NCBI RefSeq assembly: GCF_009914755.1 | Contig: NC_060927.1 | Origin: the human T2T-CHM13v2.0 reference genome, Homo sapiens | Reading direction: 5' to 3' (one strand) | DNA: 64,000 nucleotides | Shown here: positions 12,665 to 23,523 of the stretch, piece by piece | Numbering within the stretch: position 1 is the stretch's first letter | Layout of the letters: each line of letters begins with the position of its first letter | The notes under the pieces: generated by a model | What the model was told of the DNA's origin: nothing | Seen by the model: only the letters and a program-made list of their open reading frames with translations | The model's database searches: none | Made by a program: the position numbers and the translations under genes

Positions 12665-14469
12665 TAAGTATTAGCTCCACTGTAACCTTCATTTTCTTGA
12701 ACACTGGAAAGAAAGGCCAACGGTCATTTAGTAGGGTTGGAATAGGATGGGGAATGGGGCTTTGGTGAGAGAGCATTGGACTGTTGGTTATAGAAACACA
12801 GTTCAAGTATATCTGGAGTTCAGATTTGAGATCTGACTAGGAGAATCTGTCTAGTGAAAAAAGCTAGACCTTTACAAATTGTAGTCAGGAGCTACCGTTG
12901 TAACAGTCTGCCAGAGTTCCTGATACAAAAGATTGATAATTTGTGTGTTTGAAAAACAAAACAAAACAAAACACATCTACCTTCAATTTGACTTACTGCA
13001 ACTCTGATTTTCATGGCAAGGGATAGAGACAAAATTCATTCTATAAAATTTGAAAAAAAATGTATATCCTGAAACCATTGGAAATTGGATATCAGCATTA
13101 ATTTTATTGGACTGAAAAACCTCCAGTTTACTAACAGGAGTTGAAAGTCATCACTTTTCCTTTCATCATAGTGAGTTTTCATCACAAACCACAATGATAT
13201 GCTTATCTCAAATATATTCATTTACTTGTTTTACACAAGTATCATTTCTGTTTACATAACACGCAATTTTGTTGCTGCTGCTGTTGTTTTATTATGCCTG
13301 TCACTTGAGTAAAAGATGGATAAGGTAAGGTCTCCATTTAGAAATGTATAGTCTCTTGGCAGGGAAGACAAATAAAGGCCCATAATTATCATAACAGAAA
13401 AATTAATATGTGACGCAAGAAAAAATAAAGATACTATTAAATTTCTTTGGGACTTTGAAGGAGGAAGGGAGCATATAGACACTTAGTAAATATTGTTTGA
13501 AGAAGGGAATGAATATGTAAAGGGAGAATAAACCTCACCTATAAGGTCTAGGGCAATTTAAACACAAAGGAGTTGTGTAGGATTATTTAAGGTTTGCAAA
13601 TGTGTAAAATTATCTCACTACAATACTAGGGAAATGGAAAAACACCAAAGTTCCTCTACCAGCTTTTGCTGGATGAGATGGGCCAGAAGTAGTAACTGCG
13701 AGGGCAGCCTGTATTTCTGTTGTTGGTGTGGTTTATCTTCCCAGTGCCAATGCTGCCAACTTCCCCTCAAATAAAAACCCATAGGGGTTCAGAGTCTCAT
13801 GAGGTGAGAACAGACTTGCACTATCTGTGACAACAACAAAAGCACTTATAATTTTGATGTGGAGGATCCTAATTGAAATCTGCTGTTTGAGGTTCCTTGG
13901 GTCCTGCATTCTTTCTTAAATATTTCTACTTGAGTTGGTTATTGATCCTTATTTATTTTCCGTCTAATCGATTGACTTTATAAATCTATTGCAGAGGGCA
14001 GATTAAATAGGCAGACAGTTTTCTAATTTGCTGTGAGGGTATTTCTTAATTTACTTTTTAAATACTGATTTTATTTATACATTTATATGCACAGGTCATT
14101 TTCATTTCCATGATATCATTCGAGCTTCACAACCACACTCCAAGTTCAGTGTTGTTATCTTCATCTTCATGTTGAGGATGAGGACACGGAAGCTCACAGG
14201 TAAAGTGACAAACCCCAGTCTTTAGGCTACTAGATGGTGGAGTTCAGACTCTGATTTTCTGGCCAGGTGCTCATTTGATGATAGCAGCATGAAGCTCTTC
14301 CCATTCTGCACCGTTTGAGCTCCTACCCTTCCTAATCTTCTTTCTCTAATACGAGAACACTGTAATTAAAGTGGTATTTGGCTGATAAGTAGTAGGTTTT
14401 GATTTATAACACATAGAGCTGGCAGTGTAATTTTTGTCCCAGAACTTGATGTGCCATGAAAGCTATTAT

Positions 14470-14472
<3 letters not shown>

Positions 14473-14501
<29 letters not shown>

Positions 14502-14781
14502 GAGACGGAGTCTCACTCTGTCACCCAGGCTGGAGGGCGGTGGCGTGATATCTCGGCTCACTGCAACCTCCGCCTCCAGGGTTCAAGTGATTCTCCTGCC
14601 CCAACCTCCTGAGTAGCTGGGATTATAGGCATGCACCACCACTCCCGCCTAATTTTTGTATTTGTAGTAGAGACAGGGTTTCACCATGTTGGTCAGGCTG
14701 GTCTTGAACGCCTGACCTCATCATCCACCTGCCTTGGCCTCCCAAAGTGCTAGGATTACAGGCATGATCCACCACGCCCAG
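14473..14781 (-). mobile_element. Alu (AluS)
   Basis: Long poly-T plus Alu consensus. Confidence 0.95.
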
Positions 14782-16699
14782 CACTATAATGCTTTTAATA
14801 GAGGGAAATGAATCTTCAGATGATGTCAGCATCCTAATTTTTTTTCTCCTCTTGGGGTTTTTCTAAATGACTGGCAAATGGAAAACCTGAAAGTTACCTG
14901 AGACTTCTCTGCATCGGGCTTGTTGGGGTATACTGTTCTTCTTATAATCAACCCCAGGGACTGACAGATGGACAGTTGTTAGAGACAAAGTCCTCAATCC
15001 AAGGAGGTCACTCAGGGCCAACTTTCCTTAGTATATATCGTTCATTACATTAGTTGGTTATATTACCTGTAGTACAACTCAAGTACAATAGCTGCAGGAG
15101 GAGACAGCTCGCCAGCTAAACCTAAAAGTTACAACAGTGACATAGCAAGCAAGGGTAAAATAAAAGGCTCTTGACTTATTCCTTCATTTTTTAATAAAGC
15201 ATGAAGTTTGACATAAATTTTAACCTCTGGCCGCATAGTCAGTTATGCTTATTATCTTGTGTGTATTATTATGCTGTCAGGAGTTGGCCACTGATGACCA
15301 ACTCCAAAATTTAGATGATAGAGATAAAACTGGTAGTTAATATATGTTGAGTACCAGGTCAAAAACTCCATAAGACACTTTACACTGTGGGAACTGGTTC
15401 ATGTAACAGTTCTCCAGGATGGAGGATTAATATTCCCATTTCACAGATGCAGAGTTATGTGTCTTTCTAGACCTGACAACACCTGTCACCTACCAAATGA
15501 ATAGAGAGCTATGCTATAAGTCTAGGGATGAGTGATCCTTGGATGCAGAGCACTTCCTACTAGTATTCTGACTTTTACTATTATGCGTCTGTTACTATTT
15601 GACAGCTCTCATTTTTGCCTGTCCAAATTTAAGCACGTTTAATGAGATAAAGAGAGCAGAGGCAAAGGTGAGACTGGATCTTCCCTTGTATCTTATTGAT
15701 AGAGAGTAAATCGAATCCAATTTGCTAAGGCCTTCTCTCTCCTTTCATGTTTCCTCACTTTGCCTCCACCACCATGAGGTTGAAAAATGAGTTTCCATTT
15801 AGTTTAAGCCTTTTGTTATTCATTACTTAATTTTGCTTCTATTTCCCTCTTCTATCTATGACAAATTCAGCACAGTGAGGGGAAGAAACAGTGATGATAG
15901 TGATGGCCTCAAGAAGAAAACAGGGTGACTGAGTAGGAGCAAATAAGTATCTCAGACCAGCATATAAACAAGTTCATTTGTAGTGTAAAAGAACATTATG
16001 CCTTTGGCTTGAAAACTGCCTTTCCAATTTATGAGCATGTTTAGGATTATGTAAGTACAGTGTCTTCATAACAAGCCCAACACCTCTTACCCAAAGAATG
16101 CAAAACGCTTTGCAAACAGTAGAACTCACAATTCCCCTGTGACCTGGGGACTTATATGTATTTTCATGCATTATTTTTTATAGATTGAGAAGTGAACTTG
16201 AGACCTACCAATCTGTCCACGTTGACAAAATAGATCCAATACTAAACTCTTAATTCCAGCTTCCTGTCTTCTTAGAAGCAGATCACACTGAAAGAGGAAT
16301 CTTATGTCAAGGGTAGCAATTTTCTCTCTCTCTTTTTTTTTTTTAAAGAAAACACAAATTACATAGTAGATATATTTGCATAAAGGTAGATCTTGAAAAC
16401 ATTTAATTAAGACAGCGGTATCTATTTCCAGGAAAAAATAGAAAAGCCAGATCTCTACTCCACTGAATTTAAAAATTAGAGCAGCATTTTGCAGTTAAAA
16501 ACGATTATTATTTTGCATTCTGCCATTTGTCTTTACATGAAGAATGCCTGAATTCAGAATGGAAAATATTTTCTTTTGAAAAGTGCATAGGAAAGAATTG
16601 TTATAAAGCAAATGTGTTCAGAATGTATGTAGATATTAATTATAAGTAAAAGTAAAAGAAGTAGGATGTATGTGAGCGTATGTGCATTTGTGTTGCAGA

Positions 16700-16900
16700 T
16701 AAACCGATTTTGAAGGTTGAGAGACATGACGATACTTGTTAGGTATGAGGGAGACAAGACCAGAGGCGCCGGGAAGCTTGACTACCGTGGAGAGCTCAGT
16801 TGAGACTTGTCTTTGCCCATGGCCTGCAGCGCTTATGTAGAAATTGGGGATGCTTTTACTCGTTCCAAAGCCTAACCTGATCAGACCTGCCCAGGTTGGA
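16700..16900. promoter_or_regulatory. p63/AP-2 enhancer, probably the conserved autoregulatory C40 element
   Basis: Abutting half-sites AGACATGACG ATACTTGTTA (16722-16741), AGACAAGACC (16752-16761), a perfect AGACTTGTCT (16803-16812) and a perfect AP-2 site GCCCATGGC (16815-16823). Identity with C40 is inferred. Confidence 0.65.
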
Positions 16901-18293
16901 GTTTGGGAAAAAAAGTGTTTGAAGTAAACAGGAAAATTACTCACCTTAATGATGTGTCTTACTGGCACTGACAGTGCTTTGATAGTCTGACAGTCTTTTT
17001 TTTTAAGTTTTGGGAGGAAAGACAGGGGAAATTATTAATATGATTTTTGGAAAACATAGATTCTTATGCTTATGCACTTGCTAATAAGGTGGAAAAAGTG
17101 GGCTTTGCACCATTTACAGTTATGGACTCGCGTTTCCTCCTAATAAAGTCTATATCAGGAATTTTCCATTAGGAATTTCTACCAAAAAGAAAAGAAAATA
17201 CGTTACTGTTTATTTTGTGTACTTGTGCCATGTATCTCCACAATTGCGCTGTGGCTGTTCACACAGAACAGATTCTTCCTAGCACTTGGGCTGTGGGTTC
17301 CCAAACTTGCAGGTCGCTTTCATCTGTCTGGTGATTAAGACCATAAACCAAGTGGTGTGATGAGAGAGTTTGGTGCTCTAGACAGAGCAAGCACACCCTT
17401 TTTTCATAAGAAGCACAATTCTTAAATCTCTGCACCTAAATCTTTCCTTAGGATGGGTCAGTTTTTTGGAAAAAGCAATTATATATGTTTTGATATTTTG
17501 TTGAAACATAATAGATGTTGATTTCATATGGTTTTTTTCCTTTTTTTTTTTTTGTCTTTGCTAAATGTCAAACGGTACATTTTTTCTAAGCTTGAAGACA
17601 GAGAACTGGGTCATATGTCTCTAAACATTTAAATCTTCACTGAGATAGGGAAGAGTGACCTGATCTTATGGATCGTCCGAGTCCTGTGAGACAAAAATGC
17701 TGGGTTTTTCATGCAGTCCCTAATTCACTTTGACCTTGGTGGAGGGAGTCAAATCTCCTAGTTTGAGATCCCACACATATAAAGCTCTAGAGTTTCAGGA
17801 TTAAAATCTTTTTAACTTTATATTCTCAGATTCTGTATAGCTTATTAAACTAGATGGAGGGTCTAGTTATACTGTCTAGAAGGACATAGATGAATAGTTA
17901 TATTTTATAAAAATTAAACTCCTAATGATAAAAGGCTAAATGGGGAGAGAATAAATTATAGTTTATGAAGGCATGTAAAACAAAAGATGTCTGCCAATTT
18001 CCTCTCTTTGGTTCTCTGACTGGGAATAACTGTATCGTTTTTACTTTTTTTGTCCTAACTGTGTCCTAATTGTAAATGAATCTGGTGCCCAGTAAAATCA
18101 AATGAATAGAAATACTTACCATGGTGTGTATATACCAGCCTCCTGGTGTCTCAGATATAATTAACATAATGAAAGCATTGCAATACATTCTTACCGAATG
18201 CTCAGTTCCTGTCCTGTCAGCAACTGTTTGCCTACAACTAAAGCAAGTCTGGGTTCAAAGCATTTTAAAATGTTCCAAAAAAGTGGGGAAGGC

Positions 18294-18567
18294 GGCTGGG
18301 TGCAGTGGCTCACACCTGTAATCCCAGCACTTTGGGAGACCGAGGCAGGTGGTCAGGAGTTCGAGAACAGCCTGGCCAACATAGTGAAACCCCATCTCTA
18401 CTAAAAATACAAAAAATTAACTGGCCATGGTGGCAGGTGCCTGTAATCCCAGCTACTTAGGAGGCTGAGGTAGGAGAATCACTTGAACTCAGGAGGCAGA
18501 GGTTGCAGTGAGCCAAGATCGTGCCATTGCACTCCAGCCTGGGCCACAGTGCGAGACTCCATCTCAA

Positions 18568-18614
<47 letters not shown>

Positions 18615-18620
18615 TAATGT
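18294..18620 (+). mobile_element. Alu (AluS) with (AAT)n tail and 14-bp TSD
   Basis: AAAGTGGGGAAGGC at 18280-18293 and 18621-18634; tail is an (AAT)n microsatellite. Confidence 0.96.
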
Positions 18621-20179
18621 AAAGTGGGGAAGGCAAGATTTGGCTCACGCGTCAGACTTCCTATCAATGGGTCTATCTTTGAAGCAAGTGCTCAGAGTGT
18701 CTATTCCTTTGATCACACGGGTAGTGGTTTATTTCCATGAGTATTTGCTGTTTTCAGGAGATTTCACTTTGGGTTTTGTCCATATTCCACATTCAGGAAA
18801 CTGTTAATTTTGGAAGAAGAGATTGTTTTTACTTGGTTCTTCTAAGGAAATTAATCAAATGTACACGTGCAACTTAAAATCAAAGAATCCCTGTTTTAAG
18901 AGGAGTTTTTCTTATTTCAACTGGCAAACAATATGAAACTGAATGTACCCAAAGTGTTGGAGGTTTACAAACATGATCAGCACTTGTTAATGACAATTTT
19001 CTCCTAAGAAAATGGAATGCTACCTTCTAGCATGGGGACTTGTAGGCAGTATTTCTGTGTTTGCTAGCCTTGGAAAGTATAACTCTTATAGGGTTGGGCA
19101 AAGCAAAGCGTTTTTGCTTTGTAACCTGTAGAAATGATTACGTAGTGTAATTTGGTTATTTAATATAATTTGTTAATAATTCTCATTCATCTACCAGAAA
19201 CTTAAAACTTGGTACTATCCTGCTAATTTGGTTTTGGTAATGTCTCTTTTCCCTAATTTTAATATCCCTGTTCCTTGGCAAACCCATCCATACACCTACC
19301 TGTTGTTCAACTGGTGTGATAAGCCCCATCAGTGCTCCTAGACATTTTCTTTTCCTACTCTTCCTCTTCAGTGTCAGGCAGAAGGATCTTTCTAACACTC
19401 GCCTCAGTTCATGGATTGCTGATGGTCCATTGTTGGTGACTGCATGATGACCTGTAAGCATGTCACACTCTGACCAAAGTGTTTGTATTTGGCCCAATTC
19501 CCCACGGCTAATAATAATCCCTTTCTGTTTGGAAAATGTCTTATATTTTTCAAAACACACACATATATGTATTATCACATTTAATCCTCATAACAAACCT
19601 GTCACATTGGCAGGTGTTATTCTCACTTCTCACATGCAAAGTTATGTAACCTTTCTTGAGATTATACCTCAGTTTGGAAAGTAGGGGAATGAGCCTTCTG
19701 CCTCTGTGAGTACCGTGTTCTTCACGGTGTACGATGCTTCCAAATATATACTCCTCCCAACAGGCAGAGGTGGTGTTTCGCAGTCAACAAAAGATGATTT
19801 TTGTTTTGTTTTCCCTTCTGCATGCCCTGTCTCCTGCTACTTCCTCTGTTCAAAACATTTTTTTTTTCTCTCTCTCTCTCTCCTCTCACTGCTGCCTACC
19901 AAAATTATGTCACATAATTTGGCTATTTAATGTAATTTGGTTAATAATCCTCATCTATCTACCAGAAACTTAAGAGTTGTTATCATCCTGGCAATCTACC
20001 TTGAAGATTGGCAAAATGTTAGTTAACTATTGAATATAGATGATGAGCATATGGAATTAAATTTGAAATTTCCAATTTCAGGTTCCAAAAATCCAATTTC
20101 AAATTAAGAAATTTTAAATTTAAATCTTAAATTAAGAAATTTAAGAAACTTCTTAAAATTTTTACTTATCCTTTCTAGC

Positions 20180-20654
20180 TAGAGTTGCCAGATTTAGCAA
20201 ATAAAAACCAAGGATGTCAGTTAAATGTGAATTTCAAATAAACCATGAAAAAATGTTTAGCATAAGGGAATCCCATGCAATAGTTATTACTTTTGTTTTA
20301 TTTTGTTTTGTTTTCTTGAGACAGAGTCTCCTTCTGTCACCCAGGCTGAAGTGCAGTGGTGCAATCATGGCTCACTGTGGCCACTACCTCTCAGGCTCAA
20401 TCAGTCCTCCCACTTCAGCTTCCTGATGGCTAATTTATGTATTTTTTTTTTCTTTAGGGACAGGGGTTTTGCCATGTTTCCCAGGCTGGTCTGGAACTCC
20501 TGGGCTTAAGCAATCCTCCCGTCTTGGCCTCCCAAAGTGCTGGGACTACATGCATGAGCCATTGTGCCTGGCCAATATTCCTTACTTATGCTGAAAAATT
20601 TCATTGCTTTTACAATTAAATTTTAATTAGGCTGGAGATTATCTGGTAACCCCA
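20180..20654. mobile_element. MER53-like palindromic hAT MITE interrupted by an antisense AluJ (about 20290-20574)
   Basis: Termini agagttgccagatttagcaaataaaaa ... atctggtaacccca, with an Alu between the two arms. Confidence 0.75.
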
Positions 20655-23000
20655 TTCCCAGCTCAATCACCAACTCTCTAAGCAGAAGGAAATTTTTCAT
20701 CTCTCTTGCCATAGTGAGGTCAGGATTAGTGAGGTGACAAGATTAAATATGAGCTAAGCTATGACACTTGTTTTCCACAGTTTCCTGATCCCCCCTCCCT
20801 CCTTTTCTCTTTCTTCCTTCTTACCTCCCTTCCTCTCTCCTATTTATTCTTCCTACCTTTTTGTTGTTGCTGTGAGTGTCTTCACCTGTTTCCTTCCTTC
20901 CTTTATATTCCTGGTAATGTTTCAAATTTATTGGCATGGGCAGCTTCTCATAATAGGTTTGTTTTTATTATTTTTCTTGTTATTACTAAAACATGTTAAT
21001 AGATAGATTCTAACTCTATGGCACAACTAAGACAGTTGTGTTACATTCTTTTCCGTGTTGGGGCTAATTAGAATATTAAGTTTACAAAGAATGCAGAAAA
21101 AGCGAACAAGATGAAGCACGTTTCCGTCTTAAACAAATGAACTCTAAAGAAATAGGAAGTAACATGATGACAAGCTTTTAAGAGATGTTGCAAGTAGAGG
21201 AAAGGGTTTGTTTAAATCTCTCCCCAAGCACCCCCTACACCTACCCCCAGCCAACACAGATGCTTATGTATTAGTGGCCCACACGGTACCTAATTATCAA
21301 CGATGGAAATAGATGTCTCAAAATTGTTTCAATTATCCAGGGGTTCCCTTAAAAAAGGAGAGGAGAGCAAAAGTTTAAAACTTGGCTTGAAGGTATTAAA
21401 GAGCAAATCTGATCTAATTGATTAAGTTACACCTTTCCTTTTTGGCAGTATCTTAATACCCCTAGGATCTCAGTATTTCAGCATATTGGTTTCCTGTACT
21501 TATCTAGAATAAAGAAACTCAGCAATTTGCCTATAGGATAGTAGAGCCTTGAACTAAATTTATCTCATTATTGTTCACTTGAAACCTTGGGGACAGCTGT
21601 AGTTGAAGGGACCTTAAAGTCCCTTAAACTTCTCAGCATTTGCAGGTTCACTTTTAAGGTGCACTGAAAAGCAACTAGTATCCTAAGCTAAAAAAAAAAA
21701 AAAAAAAAAAAAAGAAAAAGAAAAAGTAGATTTAAGTATACCAATGAGCATGGACTCTGTTTATGTTTTGAAATCCATTTGCTACTCATTTTCCTCGTTT
21801 TTAAATCCTATTATATTTACACCTGGGCATCCATTTCTCTGAAGAGAGAAGAATGAAGGATCTAAAATGTCAGAATAACAGTGATTCTCAACAATTATTG
21901 TCGGCACTCTTTCATGAAGAGATTTAAAGCTCTTTGCTTATCTGACTTAATTCCTGCCGGAAGGACAGTACAGAGGGATTACGGTTTAAATATTGCAGTT
22001 AGAAGCACAAAGTGGAACCTGGACTTCCCCGACCTTGGAAGAAAAATAGTAAAGTGTGGTTCCTATAAAATATTATAGGAACTTCAGACATAGAATGGAG
22101 CATCCATTTATAGTGATTTAAGTTCCAGTATTGAAACAGGCCTTCTATTTTTATTTCAATCTCCCTCCCCTTTATTTTCTTTGTTTTGTGATTCACCCCA
22201 AAACGTATCTTCTTATACGGTAATATTAACTAGTACCTTAGTCAAAGATTGATCTCCAGAAGTTTGTTTAGGAAATTCCTTGTGTTACTTGTCTAGCAGT
22301 TAAACTGCCTAGTGGAAACAACAGCTCAGCTAAATAGTGTGATGCAATCGTGATAGCTGCTGTTCATCAGGCATTTACCCTGGACCAAGCACTGTACCCT
22401 GAATATCATGTGGCTTTTTCTCCACACTCAGGACAAGCTTGCAGTGGGCAGTAGTATTATCTCAGCCTTGAAATGAGTCACACAAGGTTTTGCAGCAGAG
22501 AGAACTGTCCTCTTTTTCAGCCCTGTACAGGGGAGGAGCAAGGGTGCCGCAGTGAGGGGATCTGGAGTTGAATCTGGCTTAGTAGCTGTGAAAGATTGGG
22601 CAACTTATTTCACGTTTAGGAGTTTCAATTTACTTAACTGGCAAATGGAATAACAATGTCTACTTCACAGCTTACTGCGATGATCATATAAGACATAAAG
22701 AACTTAGCGAAGTGCCTAGACTGTAGATCACAGTACGTGTTAGCTTTTTGTGTTTTATACATCAAGCGTAAGTCTTATTTTTTACATCTGTCATATTACC
22801 CTTTCCCCAGTATTCAGAGTATTTGAGTGTATACGTACGGGTGGTAAGTGTTGTTTTTCATTGAAAGTGCAGATCCTAACTTTTTTTTTCATGCAGTAAT
22901 CCTCAAAAAGGTAGACGTCTACCATAATTCAGTCTATTGCTCCAATTGGAGGATGTACAGTTGTTTTAGGAGTTAAGGAATTGAGTTTTTTCTTTTTTGC

Positions 23001-23042
<42 letters not shown>

Positions 23043-23227
23043 TCTTTTATTCTTTTCTTCTCCAAATTCAGGCAAACAGTATTAAACACTTTGTTTTAAA
23101 AATAGATTGTGTACGTGTGTGTGTGTGTTTATGAGAGAGACAGAGAGAGAGATGGGAGAGGGTGAGAATACACAGTAAGGACTTGGAACATATTCTTTGT
23201 GTGAAATGTTAAAAAATTGTTCACGGT

Positions 23228-23523
23228 GGCTGGGTGCGGTGGCTCACGCCTATAATTCCAGCACTTTGGGAGGCTGAGGTGGGTGGATCACGAGGTCAGA
23301 AGTTCAAGACCAGCCTGGCTAAGATGGTGAAACCCGTCTCTACTAAAAATACAAAAATTAGCCGGGTGTAGTGGCAGGCACCTGTAATCCCAGCTACTCG
23401 GGAGCCTGAGGCAGAGAATTGCTTGAACCCGGGAGGCGGAGGTTGCAGTGAGCCGAGATCATGCCACTGCACTCCAGCCTGGGCGACAGAGCAAGACTCA
23501 GTCTCCAAAAAAAAAAAAAAAAA
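23228..23523 (+). mobile_element. Alu (AluS)
   Basis: Alu consensus with A tail. Confidence 0.95.

Noticed and set aside
12833-12888. Second hairpin downstream of miR-944 (CTGACTA/TAGTCAG and GTCTAG/CTAGAC)
   Set aside because: Only 7-bp and 6-bp stems separated by a large asymmetric loop; not a Drosha-like substrate.
20050-20162. Quasi-periodic aaattaagaaattt / ccaatttca repeats, and short AT-rich palindromes at about 21602-21629 and 51856-51873
   Set aside because: Low-complexity AT-rich sequence; stems of this size are expected by chance.
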